Origin: a virus
Length of the DNA: 64,000 nucleotides
Strand: one strand, 5' to 3'
Virus record (IMG/VR): IMGVR_UViG_3300029911_000010
Span: 32,001 to 96,000 of that record
In this document: one piece after another, positions 36,163-46,400 of the stretch
How positions within the stretch are numbered: the first letter of the stretch is position 1
Layout of the letters: every line of letters starts with the position of its first letter
Translations under genes and position numbers: made by a program
The notes under the pieces: model-generated
Told to the model about the DNA's origin: nothing
Database searches by the model: none
What the model saw: only the letters and a program-made list of their open reading frames with translations

Positions 36163-39100
36163 TCAGCCGTACCGGCCGCTATTTTGCGACCAGTACGTTT
36201 TGTCCCTCCTTTCCACGTAAAGGGTGTGATTCGGAACAGTGACGCAATACACCATGCCGTCATAAGCGACGACGGTCTCTTCGACACTCTCGTAAGTGTT
36301 AGCCTTGCCTTTCTTCCACCACGGTCGCAAGTGTCGACGGTTGATCCGGGCTCGCCAGTGCCGTTCTTTGGCCCAGTTGTCAGTCCGTGTGACTTCCTTG
36401 ACGGACGCGCACCAGCCGAGCTTCAAGCAGATCAACTGCATGTCGTACGCTAAACGCTCGGACGACGTGCTGTATTCCCAGCAGTCACCTTTGTGCCCAT
36501 CGCCTGCCAGGTAAGCGTCGAAGAAAACACCAAGCTGCCGTGGTGGAAGCTCTTGAACGTATTCAGGCACTCGCTCGGTGTAACTGTCGCCCAGCGGTGC
36601 GAGTTGTGCAGCCAGCCAGGCATTGCCGAGTTCAAAACGCTGGTCACCTTCGTTGTAGTAGAACGGTAAACCGAGTCGGTCGATGACATCACGAATCGCA
36701 GTAAAGTGCGGCGACTCACGAAACTGTGCAATCTTGACATAATTACCGACGCACCAGCCTTCGGCGATGTAGTAGCCTAAAAACTCCAGCCAGTCATCCA
36801 TCGCAACGCGATCGAGTACGACGCGATCACTACGGTGCTTCACGTCAACGATGGGGAACGCGTAGAACGGCTGATCTTGTCCGACCCAAGCGCAGTCCTT
36901 CTTAAACTGCCATTCGCCCTTGGACGCATAAAACTCGCGGGCCGTCACCGCGCTGTATGGCTCGCCTGGACGTGACACCCACAAACGGTGGTCCATCGTC
37001 ACCAGCATGTCAAGATGTTTGGTGACGAGCTTGTACATCTCACCTTTGTGCTCGTACGCCCAAACGTGTGTCGGTCGCTGCCACTCCAATTGTTCGGACG
37101 CGTTCAGCGTGGCTACCCAGTCATCGACCGTCACATCCGCCACGGAAACAAATCCACGGTTTTTCGTCAGCACTCGTGTCTCGGTGTCGAAGCACATCTT
37201 GTCACCGACCTGCGTCGGGTGCTTGCTCTTGACCACCACCACCGGGCCGTCCTTGCCGTCGACCACGTCGGTGACGACACCCTCGTCGTGATGATCCCAG
37301 GTGATGCTGGCGTCGGCGAAAGGAGCCTGCCGCTTCTTGTGAATCTTGTTGGCCGAGTGCTCGCGTTGTTCGGCGGCAATGATTAACGGATCGCCGTGTT
37401 TTACCGTGGTGCCGACCTTGATCACACCGCGATCGTCCATGTTGTCCAGTGTCTTGCGATCATAACGGCCGGGAAACAATGAGATGTAGTTGCTCTTGCC
37501 GATCTTGTGCTGGTCGCTGATTTCCAGACCGTGTTGATACATGTGCTCGGAGGTCATCCGCTTGGCCATCGACTCGCTGATGACCGTGGCATCCTCAAAG
37601 TTTTGCCCGCCCCACGGCAGATACGCCACACGGGCGTTAAGCCCCAACGCCGAAGCACCCTTCTTGTCGGTGAAGTTGGAGTGGGCCATCAACTGACCCT
37701 GCGAAAACCGGTCACCGGGTTTTACAGTCGGCGTCTGGTGGATGAACGTCTTGCGGTTGTACGGATGATTGTTGTACAGCTCCAGCGTGGCCGTCGTGCC
37801 ATCGTCGTGCTTGACCTTTATGCCTTCGGGCGTCACGTCCAGCACCCGGCCGCCCTTGTCGGCGAACATGGCACCCATGTGCTTGCCGTACTCATCCTCG
37901 TAGCTGCGATTGCCGTTGCTGCCGGGCACGGCGTTCTGCACCAGCGGCGACTCAGCGCCAATCACCGGCAGGGCCTGAGTGCTCATACGGCTGGCCATGC
38001 TGGCACGTTGCCCCTTGAGCATGCTCTTGAGCGGAATGAAATGGTCCAGTGGGCTGAACGCATGCTCAAACTGCGGCAACGTCAACGTTACGTCGCGTTT
38101 CTTGACCCAGGTCAGCCGGCCGCCCTGCATGGCCGGAATGCGCTTGTAAGGCAAACCCATGGCTCCAGGAAACGTGACGGTGGTATCGGCAATCTCCTGC
38201 GGCGTTTTGTAGACCGTCTTGCCGGTGTTGACGTCAGTAAAGCTGCCGTACAGCTTGCCGTCTGAACCTTTGCGGGCATTGCCGGCCAGATAGGTGTCTA
38301 CACCAGCCTTAAAACTTTCCGGGGTCCGCAAAGGATCGATAAATCCGTAGTGGCTGGGCTGCACCGACCGGGCTTCGTCCGGGATGGCGTCGTAGCTGGG
38401 AATGCCGCCTTCGCCCATGCGGCTGACCTGGGTGTTCTTGTCCAGGATCTCGGCGGGGTTGATTTCTTCCAGCGACCGGCCGAGCCCCGAGTCCAGCAGC
38501 GCCGAATCCAGTTGACCCTGCAGCGGGCGAGTCGGCATGGATTGCAGATCACCTTTGAAGCCGGCCTTGTATAGCAGCTGCCGCTGCACGCCGGCCCGAT
38601 CCTTAGCCAACCGCTCGCGGAACAGATCCTCGGGGCCGAGAAACCGCTGGTAAGCCAGGTGATCGCGATCGTCGGGAGGTGATTCGCCGCGACTGACCGC
38701 CAACAGCCTGCGAGTAATCGACAGCATCGCATCTTTGTTGAGATTCTGATGCGGATGATCGAGTGTGTGCTTGGTGACCTCCGGGTCAAGCGTCATTCCT
38801 TCGAACGCTTTTCGGATGGCATCATCCAGCGAGCCTTCGACTTTGCCGCCCAGTACCTTGTCCTTGAGCTTGTGCAGCGCCTGCTCGTCCTTGCCCACGA
38901 CAGAGTTGGTCTGATGCAGTTCCGGTCCCCAGGCATCACGAATTTCCTTGTCGCTGGCCCCCATGGTCTTAAGCAACGGCATCAATGGGATGTTGGCGTT
39001 GCCCATCTTAATGAAAAAGCGGCCCTTTTCCGGGTCCAGCCAATACCGATGGCTGGGTCCACCGGCCAACACGTTGGTGTGCGTCTCGATCTCGCCGTTT

Positions 39101-39585
39101 TCCTTGGTGCGAGTGAACGGGCCGGACAGCAGTCGCGACTGATGCACCAGGGCGTATTCGTTGCCCTTGTTGACGAACGTGCCGCCCTCAGTCAAATGCG
39201 GCACCTTAAACAATGTCATGGGCCGCCTGTCCATCTCCTTGCCGCTGTTGTTGTCGGTCAACACCCAGGTGCCCCGCAGACGACGTCCCAGCGTGTCACC
39301 TCGCAAGCTGGCTTCCTTGCGATCCTTTTTGCTGAACGTATCGCCATCCATCCACTGGACGTCTCGCAACGACAGCGTGTGCTTGAGATTGGACACTGGC
39401 TTGAGATTGAGAGCCGCGTCGTAGACGTTGTCGTATATCGCTTTGCGGGTGGCGTCGATGTCTCCGAAGTTCCGCAAGCCCGCCGGCTCCTTGGGCTTGG
39501 GCGATGCTGCCGGCGGCGCAATCGGCCCAGGTCCGCTAAGCAGATCGGGTTCACTGGGCATGAGGTTGTAAGGAGAATCATCCAT
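36163..39585 (-). CDS. rpoB: RNA polymerase beta subunit (N-terminal and middle part) with intein, ending at in-frame TGA
   Basis: GTFVNKG, DDRDHL, INP..., ARSVQPSHYGFIDPLRTPE..KAG, RASMASRMSTQA, GQNFEDA, VGDKM/SGRYG. Confidence 0.92.
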   Translation of the reverse strand: MDDSPYNLMPSEPDLLSGPGPIAPPAASPKPKEPAGLRNFGDIDATRKAIYDNVYDAALNLKPVSNLKHTLSLRDVQWMDGDTFSKKDRKEASLRGDTLGRRLRGTWVLTDNNSGKEMDRRPMTLFKVPHLTEGGTFVNKGNEYALVHQSRLLSGPFTRTKENGEIETHTNVLAGGPSHRYWLDPEKGRFFIKMGNANIPLMPLLKTMGASDKEIRDAWGPELHQTNSVVGKDEQALHKLKDKVLGGKVEGSLDDAIRKAFEGMTLDPEVTKHTLDHPHQNLNKDAMLSITRRLLAVSRGESPPDDRDHLAYQRFLGPEDLFRERLAKDRAGVQRQLLYKAGFKGDLQSMPTRPLQGQLDSALLDSGLGRSLEEINPAEILDKNTQVSRMGEGGIPSYDAIPDEARSVQPSHYGFIDPLRTPESFKAGVDTYLAGNARKGSDGKLYGSFTDVNTGKTVYKTPQEIADTTVTFPGAMGLPYKRIPAMQGGRLTWVKKRDVTLTLPQFEHAFSPLDHFIPLKSMLKGQRASMASRMSTQALPVIGAESPLVQNAVPGSNGNRSYEDEYGKHMGAMFADKGGRVLDVTPEGIKVKHDDGTTATLELYNNHPYNRKTFIHQTPTVKPGDRFSQGQLMAHSNFTDKKGASALGLNARVAYLPWGGQNFEDATVISESMAKRMTSEHMYQHGLEISDQHKIGKSNYISLFPGRYDRKTLDNMDDRGVIKVGTTVKHGDPLIIAAEQREHSANKIHKKRQAPFADASITWDHHDEGVVTDVVDGKDGPVVVVKSKHPTQVGDKMCFDTETRVLTKNRGFVSVADVTVDDWVATLNASEQLEWQRPTHVWAYEHKGEMYKLVTKHLDMLVTMDHRLWVSRPGEPYSAVTAREFYASKGEWQFKKDCAWVGQDQPFYAFPIVDVKHRSDRVVLDRVAMDDWLEFLGYYIAEGWCVGNYVKIAQFRESPHFTAIRDVIDRLGLPFYYNEGDQRFELGNAWLAAQLAPLGDSYTERVPEYVQELPPRQLGVFFDAYLAGDGHKGDCWEYSTSSERLAYDMQLICLKLGWCASVKEVTRTDNWAKERHWRARINRRHLRPWWKKGKANTYESVEETVVAYDGMVYCVTVPNHTLYVERRDKTYWSQNSGRYG
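36181..37194 (-). mobile_element. Intein with LAGLIDADG endonuclease (338 aa) in beta GDKM/SGR motif
   Basis: CFDTETRVLT...FLGYYIAEG...YLAGDG...VYCVTV...SQN/S. Confidence 0.9.
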
Positions 39586-39587
39586 GG

Positions 39588-40532
39588 CTAGTGAAACAAG
39601 TCGCCGATCGAATTGCGCACGTGTCCCAGCAACGACTTCTCGGACGGGTCGGCCTCGGCTTGCATGTCACGGTCAGCACCGCCGCCGGGCGACATGAAGT
39701 TTTCCGACACTGGAACGGGCTTGGGCATGGCCATGACTTCGCTGGGCCGCTGGGAATACATCCGGCGATTACGGCGATCAATTGCCTTCTGCAACACCTT
39801 TGGTCCACTCTGCTTCGTCTCCGCGTCGTACATCGCCTTGCCGGCGAGACCGCCGCTGCCCAGGCCGTATAACAGATAAAGCTGAGCCACGCGCTGGGTC
39901 ATGTTGGGATCAGCCAGCCCGCCGAAATTCCAGCTCGCCAGACCGCTGGCCTGTTTCTCCTGCAGCTTGTCGTACAGGGCGTCCAGGGCGCTGCCCAGCT
40001 GCAAAGCCGTGTCCTGTTGATCTCCGGCCAGCTTTCCCGCATCAATAGACGTCACACCATGCGGCTTTCTCGCCTTGGGGTAGCTTTCCACCAGAGACCG
40101 CTCAAAATCCTGCCGGGCATCTTCCACATCCTGCTCGTTGGCGTCCTGCCGTCGTTTGGACAACAACGCATCCACGCCTTTCCAGCCGCCGTACAAACCC
40201 AAACCGCCGGCCACTGCCAGCGTCGGCGCGTAAGACCAGTGATTTTGGTAGCTGTCGACCATTCCGGCCTTGCCCATGGCCCCCGCCTCTACGGGGATGG
40301 GCACGCTGGTGAGCATGGCTCCGGGATACGGATTCTTCTTGCGCCTGGCCGTGGTGTTGTACAAGCCGGTCAGCCCGCGAGCGCCGGCTCCAATACCGAG
40401 ACCCGCCAGGCCGAGTCCAGCTGCATCACGCAGGACTGCTTCCATGTTCAACTGGTTGACGGCATTGACCGCCGTGTTGTCTACTGCGGTCTTGGCCAAC
40501 CGCGATGCCGTGGCAAAAGGATCAATCGTCAT
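39588..40532 (-). CDS. Putative internal/ejected virion protein with glycine zippers
   Basis: AKTAV, GKLAG, EKQAS; GLGLAGLGIGAG, GGLGLYGG. Confidence 0.65.
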   Translation of the reverse strand: MTIDPFATASRLAKTAVDNTAVNAVNQLNMEAVLRDAAGLGLAGLGIGAGARGLTGLYNTTARRKKNPYPGAMLTSVPIPVEAGAMGKAGMVDSYQNHWSYAPTLAVAGGLGLYGGWKGVDALLSKRRQDANEQDVEDARQDFERSLVESYPKARKPHGVTSIDAGKLAGDQQDTALQLGSALDALYDKLQEKQASGLASWNFGGLADPNMTQRVAQLYLLYGLGSGGLAGKAMYDAETKQSGPKVLQKAIDRRNRRMYSQRPSEVMAMPKPVPVSENFMSPGGGADRDMQAEADPSEKSLLGHVRNSIGDLFH

Positions 40533-40941
40533 TGGGTCTCCCAACATAAGGCCGCTGGGCCAGGTTCGGTTTTCCGTCTTCCATGTAATACTCAGACCAT
40601 TCCACATAGATTATCACCCGCAGGCGGGTTCGGACAATTCCATCGGTTCCCTTGATCTTTTCCACCAGATGTTCGTGATGGCGGTGCAGGCACTGTGCCC
40701 AGCCATTGGTGATCTTGTCCATGACCGCCATGTACTCTTTGTTCTCGCGGGGGTCACTGGTGTCAAAGATGCGATTGTGCGAGTCGCTGACGCGGGTCAG
40801 CCGCTGCTCAAGCTCTTCGGCTGTGCCGGTAATCGGAAAATGCCCACGATAAGGAGCCCCGTCCACGTCGGCGCGGTTCCAATGCAGGCGGCCACGCTCG
40901 CCGCCGTCGACCTGATTCATGAACTTGATGAGTGAAGACAC
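40522..40941 (-). CDS. Hypothetical protein
   Basis: GAGG RBS then GTG; overlaps next gene. Confidence 0.65.
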   Translation of the reverse strand: MSSLIKFMNQVDGGERGRLHWNRADVDGAPYRGHFPITGTAEELEQRLTRVSDSHNRIFDTSDPRENKEYMAVMDKITNGWAQCLHRHHEHLVEKIKGTDGIVRTRLRVIIYVEWSEYYMEDGKPNLAQRPYVGRPNDD

Positions 40942-40952
40942 GATCGCCTCGG

Positions 40953-41372
40953 TTAGAACATCGGACGCCCGGTGATCGATTTGGGTTTCGTCTGACGACG
41001 AATCACGCCTTCTCTGCGGGATCGTGCGGCTTCGCGGCCGTAAGCCTCGATCAACTCGTTGTTCTTGGCTTCGTCGACGTCCTGGTCGCTAATGTCCTGC
41101 GCCTTGGCCGCCAGATGACCAATGCCGGCTCCGAGCAGCGGCGGTGCCGCCAGGGCGAGCGGGATGCCCCATGACAATGCCGTATTGGCCAGACCGGTGG
41201 CACCGTTCCAGGCACTGCCCAACATCGGCATAAGACCCTCAGCCTGCTTGACCGGTGCGTCCAGGGCGGCTTCCGCCTGCTTGACCGCAGTCAGCATCTC
41301 GCCCGGCGTGGTCAGTCCATTGTCGATGCACTTGAGCATGAAGCCGAACTTGAAAGCTTGTCTGTCGTCCAT
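40953..41372 (-). CDS. Small putative virion protein (K-x-A, hydrophobic segment)
   Basis: AFKFGF..., VKQAE twice, GIPLALAAPPLLGAGIG. Confidence 0.7.
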   Translation of the reverse strand: MDDRQAFKFGFMLKCIDNGLTTPGEMLTAVKQAEAALDAPVKQAEGLMPMLGSAWNGATGLANTALSWGIPLALAAPPLLGAGIGHLAAKAQDISDQDVDEAKNNELIEAYGREAARSRREGVIRRQTKPKSITGRPMF

Positions 41373-41382
41373 GTGAATCTCC

Positions 41383-41793
41383 TTACCAGGCAATGTCCTT
41401 GAGGCCGGGAACAACGGTGCGGCTGCTGCGCTTTTCCCGAATCTCCCTGACCATCTGCTTAACGTGCCGCTTGTCGTCAGGCATGCCCTGACGCTTGGCC
41501 TTTTCGCACAATGCGATCATAGCGTCAATGTAGCCGCGATACGCGGTCATCTCGCTGGGATGGTTCCATCCCTTGCCGGTGCGATGATTGCCGATCATGT
41601 CGTTGATGCCTTTCAATCGAATCAGGCAATCCTGGACGGTCATCGAGCCGTACTTTTCATCGTCCCGACCGGTGGCGTCCAGATCGTTCCAGTGAATCAA
41701 CCCGCCCTCAGCCCACCACAAGTGCATGTGAGCGTTTTCCTTGCATGGGTCCTTGAAACGAACCGCATCCGAACTAAGCAAAATGGCCGACAT
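41383..41793 (-). CDS. Hypothetical protein
   Basis: GGAG RBS, 136 aa. Confidence 0.7.
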   Translation of the reverse strand: MSAILLSSDAVRFKDPCKENAHMHLWWAEGGLIHWNDLDATGRDDEKYGSMTVQDCLIRLKGINDMIGNHRTGKGWNHPSEMTAYRGYIDAMIALCEKAKRQGMPDDKRHVKQMVREIREKRSSRTVVPGLKDIAW

Positions 41794-41835
41794 GGCTTCT
41801 CCATGAACGTTTAGAAAAGTTCTTTTGTAAACCCG

Positions 41836-42147
41836 TTAAAGTGCCAGCTTAAACTCATCGGCGTCCCAGACCACCGGGCAGCCAAACAAATCCTGAGCGA
41901 ATCCTTTTTGCCGCAGACTGCTAACGTGGATGTCCTGACTGCGAGCCAGGTCGACGACGATAGCTGCTTCGACGGACCGGGGCATGTACAACAGTCGCGG
42001 ACTGACCCGGTGATACTGCTTAAACGCAAGCAGCGCCTGCTTGACCAGATAGTGGACAACAAACTCACAGGCGTCGATTCCCGTTGCCTGCTCGCGAATT
42101 CGAGCTTTGACTGTAAGACCAGTTTTCGCTGCTTCCTTAACGGCCAT
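41836..42147 (-). CDS. Hypothetical protein
   Basis: AGGAG RBS, 103 aa. Confidence 0.7.
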   Translation of the reverse strand: MAVKEAAKTGLTVKARIREQATGIDACEFVVHYLVKQALLAFKQYHRVSPRLLYMPRSVEAAIVVDLARSQDIHVSSLRQKGFAQDLFGCPVVWDADEFKLAL

Positions 42148-42156
42148 TGCTGTCTC

Positions 42157-43326
42157 CTATCCAAACAACCTGGGTAGAACGGCTTTTACGATACCGAGGT
42201 AAACCCCGGTTTGCTTCAAGACATCCTGTGCGGACTCGGGCATGCCGGTCAACAACCCAAGCGTATTGCCGACCAGTGCGCCAGAAACGTATCCAGCGCC
42301 CATGTGCGCAGCTAAATTCGCCATCTGTACTGGAGTAACCCAGCTTGATCCTTCTTCTCCGCTTCTGCCGCCAGGCATCTGCCGAGCCGCCATCAAAGCC
42401 CCCATCGTCGCCCCGGCCAGCTGTGGGCTGGCCCCGATATCCCACAAAGTCTGCCCCAGTGAGTTGATGTTCACGTCCATGGGCGTCGGTCCCGGACGCG
42501 TGGCTGCTTCCCAGGGCATTGTCAGCGTGTCAAACGCCTCCTTGATGTGCTGCGTCGGCCAGGTAGCCTGCAGGTACGCCGCCACTGCCTGCTTATGCCA
42601 TTGTCCGGGCTCAGGCAAAAGATCAATGTCGGATGCTGCTTTCCAGTTAATGTCAGGCGGGCCGCCTGGTGGAGCATACAACAGCGAATTGTCGTTTAGA
42701 GGCTTGCCGGCCGCATGGTTGGCTGCCATCCAGGCACCACCGGGAACGGCTCCGGCCAGCCCGCCGACTGCCGCCAGCGTATTTTTCAAACGTCCGCGAC
42801 GCCAACTGTCAGGCAGGCGGGATTCAATCAGCGAGCCGGCACCGTAGCCCAGGCCAGCGCCGACCAGGCCGCTGGTGAGCATTGCCCGCACCGGGCTGGG
42901 GTTCATGCCGGTGAACTGCATCTTATCGGCATCGAAATGCGGGAAGAATCCCGCCCATTCGCCAGCAGTGCGCAGCGCCGGGCTGTAAGCAATCTTGACC
43001 CAGCCTTCATCTTCGAGCACCAGTCCGCTTTTCATCGTCGGCGACCAGACAAATCCCTCATCCGGCACGTCAGCTACGTCGGCCATGGCGGATTTGAGCA
43101 ATGCAACGTCACGCGCCGGTGATTCATCCGGCACATAGAAAGCCACCTTGTGTGTGTCCGGATGCAGGTAGATGCCGATCGGCATGGAAGTATAAACGCC
43201 GGAAATGGCACCGCGAATGCCGTCAGCTTCCGCCGCCAGCTTCTCAGCCGTCGCAATCGCGTCACGGCCGACGCGATACCACGCTGTCATTTGTTCCACG
43301 GTGAGAAGAGGTTGTTCGACCTCCAT
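42157..43326 (-). CDS. Putative internal/ejected virion protein with glycine zippers
   Basis: EKLAA, VKIAY, WKAAS, IKEAF; GLVGAGLGYGAG. Confidence 0.65.
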   Translation of the reverse strand: MEVEQPLLTVEQMTAWYRVGRDAIATAEKLAAEADGIRGAISGVYTSMPIGIYLHPDTHKVAFYVPDESPARDVALLKSAMADVADVPDEGFVWSPTMKSGLVLEDEGWVKIAYSPALRTAGEWAGFFPHFDADKMQFTGMNPSPVRAMLTSGLVGAGLGYGAGSLIESRLPDSWRRGRLKNTLAAVGGLAGAVPGGAWMAANHAAGKPLNDNSLLYAPPGGPPDINWKAASDIDLLPEPGQWHKQAVAAYLQATWPTQHIKEAFDTLTMPWEAATRPGPTPMDVNINSLGQTLWDIGASPQLAGATMGALMAARQMPGGRSGEEGSSWVTPVQMANLAAHMGAGYVSGALVGNTLGLLTGMPESAQDVLKQTGVYLGIVKAVLPRLFG

Positions 43327-43410
43327 GTCGTCTCCAGCTGTTCAGTTACGTGAATTTTAGCTCATAATGCACTCTGATTACAAATAGACATGAAATACAC
43401 ACCCTTAGCG

Positions 43411-43449
43411 CATAGAAAAGCGTCCGGTTTTGCCGGACGCTTTTCTATG
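43411..43449. terminator. Bidirectional terminator after RNR
   Basis: 17-bp perfect inverted repeat CATAGAAAAGCGTCCGG/CCGGACGCTTTTCTATG. Confidence 0.85.
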
Positions 43450-43478
43450 TTAATTTCAGCCTCAATTCAACTTCGTGG

Positions 43479-46400
43479 TCACATGATACAGGAATCGCCG
43501 CTGCAAGCCAGCTCCTTGCGGACATTGGTGTGGTCGATGCCGTGCTCGTATCGCGGAAGCTTCTCCCACTCAATCTTGGGGAAGTTCGCGGTGAAGTCGG
43601 CAAACTGCTCAGGTGTCAACGGCGTGAAGGGAGCCTGGGGGTAAACGCCGCCATCAAGCGGCAGGAAAGCCAGGCCACCAACATCTTCCCAGTGAGCGTA
43701 TACCCATCCGGCCACCTGCGGCCATTCGTCATCGCCGACGTAAATGGTCACGGACGGATTGTGCTCGGTGTAATGCTTCTTGAACGCCAGCCAGTCTTCC
43801 AGCTGACACATGGCGCTGCGGCGGCTCTTGGTCGCTACCACCTTGCCGCTGACATCAGTCACCAGATCGCTGACCACCATCGAGCCCTCGGGGGCTTTAA
43901 GCGGAAAGCTGAAAATAGTCGTGCCCGGATCACGGTAGCAGACTTCGTGCGGCACGCCCTGATCCTTAAGGAAGCGGCACATGGGGTTGATGTTGCCTAC
44001 TTCGACGTTGCGGATCATGTGCTGAGCCAGCCAGCCGCCCATGCTCTGACCGACGCCGTAGCGGGCACCGGAGTTGCCACCAGGCTTGATGCAGGTGACA
44101 GCGTTGGACGGGTTGATGCCCAACCGCTTGGCCCACACACGGTTCTCCGACAGCGCTGTCTGCTTGAGGTGTTCCAACAGACGATGACGATCGGGATTGG
44201 AATCACGCAGCAGAGGAGAATCCAAAGCGCCCAGCAAGTCGACACCCAGCAGTCGCTCGGCTTCGCAGTTTTCCTTCCAGCGAGGCCGCAGATAACTGAA
44301 ATCAGTCATGGTCGACTGAATGGTGCCGAAGATGGCAGCCAGCCGCACCTTGCGTTCCAGGATTACTCCGGTGTCCGTAGGCCGCACGATGGGAATCGAC
44401 AGGTTACAGAACTGCCCATCGGGATGCAGGATGACTTCACCGCAATTCGACACCAGCATTCCGCCAGTCCAATAGGTGTGCTCGTCGGCGGCGACTGTGA
44501 TGTCCCACACCGGCTGCGAACCCTCATCCGAGATACTGATAATTTCGAAGCTGTGTTTTCTGGTCGGCTGCTCGGTAAGCGCAGCTTGATTCGCCTTTTC
44601 CTGTTTGTAGCCCTGCACGAACCCGATCATCGTGGCGAACCTGCCCTTGCCCGTCGTGATGTTCAGATCGTAGCTCTCGCGGCATTCGTAAGTGCCGTTG
44701 TCAAAACGAACCGCTTTGGCAGCTTTGGGCGTGTAGTACGACGGGATGCCAAGACCAGACAGCATCTCCTGTACATCAGAGATTATCTTAAAAGACGTCG
44801 CCTTGAGTATGACTCGTCCCCCACACACCGATCCATTGGCCGAATACAAGCCACGGAGAAATCCACGGATCTTTAATTCGTCGCCGTGTTTGAATCGGGC
44901 CGGTACAGATCGCAGGTAGGTATAGGGCAGCTCGGCGGCCGTTACCGTCGCATCTTCTCCGATCGCGTAAGCGTGACTGCGAATACCCGGACGGTGCGAG
45001 AGGTGACTCGGAAAGCGGTCAAGTACGTCGCCATCATTTTCCCCGACGCAGAGATAAATGAGGTTGTCAGAAGCGGCGTGGACCGAGCCGTCGCCAATCA
45101 GTAGACCATCCAGCACGTCGCGGTCGCACGGCAGGGATTGCAATCCTAAGTAGCTGGCATCGTCCCGAGTGATGGGACCGACGCAGCGGTCGATCGTCTC
45201 AGCATCCTGTGCCTCGATCTTTTCACCGTGGCTGACAACGCGGTGGTTTTCAGTCCCGAGGAAGAATCCGGCCGTGGTCTGGTAGCGGAATACCGGCTTG
45301 ACCCCGGTGTAGACCTTACGAGTCACTTCTGACCAGTGTTTACCTGTCCAGATCACGTCTCCTGTTTTCAGCTCGCCCATCGTGCGAATGCCGTCACGAG
45401 TCAATACCGTTGCATTGGCAGGCTGACAGGGATTGGTGCCCCAGAGAACGTCAAAGAATGAATCCCCGTACTGGTCGATACGTCGCTGGGGCATCTGCCG
45501 AGCCAACCCGCCTCGGTTAAAGATCCCACGTTCGCCGCTCTTGGATATCACCAGCGACAACCATTCAGCCAGAAAGACGTGAGCCTCGGGCTTCTCGTCG
45601 TACACCGCCGAGTTGTTGGACATGGCCCGTTGAACGTACAGCGGGTTCTCCCAGTATTTGCCGAACTTGGCTTCCCGCATCAACTGGCTTTTGAGATTGG
45701 ACAGGCTGATCAGCGCTGCCCGCCGCACCCCGCCTAGCTGCCCCACCTGGCCGATGTAGCACATCGAATCATGCACGTCGATGTCACGCAGACGTTTGCC
45801 CTCGCGAGCCCGGAAGAGACGGCGGATGGCCGTATGCAAATCCGACAGCGGCTTGGGTCCGCTGGCCCGCCCGCCCTTGGTCATCAGCCGAGAACCCTCG
45901 GGGCGAATCTCGTGATACTTGATGTCCAGATCGTAGCCCTCGTAAAGCCGGTACATCAGATGCTTAACGCTGTCACACCAACCCTCAGTAGCGTCGGGCA
46001 CCACGAACACGTCGGGTACGCTGTTACGACGCCGGCGCTGAATACGCGGTAGCTGCTCGACGAATTCACTCTCACACGAGAAACCGCAGCCGGCCCCGGC
46101 CATGGAGATGTACAGGTTCTCGGCGAAGTAGTCGACATCCCTGATACCGGAGTAGCTGCAGTTGTAGATGCCGACGTTGCAGCGGGTCGCCGCCGGCCCG
46201 GCCATCTGCATCAACCGCATGCTGGGGGTGGCTTCCTCGTTGATGATGGAATCCCGCAGCATCTGATAGTCCCCCGCTTCCAATGTGGGCATGCCGTGCT
46301 TGCGCAGGTGATACTGGATGAAACCCATCACGCGGTCGGTAGATTCGGGATAAGTCTCACGCCGCTTGAAGTCGTCGTTGAAGCGAGCGTACTTGTCGTA

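Noticed and set aside
36163-36165. Genome-wide TGA reassignment (code 4/25)
   Set aside because: Many genes end in TGA with ATGA/GTGA coupling, and I saw no other conserved gene interrupted by TGA
33106-39585. Cellular rpoBC operon (host chromosome)
   Set aside because: Highly divergent and shortened, no ribosomal protein neighbours, embedded in virion genes
41791-41807. Weak CsrA-like boxes (TTC-ATGGA-GAA here; also before 9236, 18022 and 63982)
   Set aside because: Stems of 2-3 bp could arise by chance around an SD; not counted
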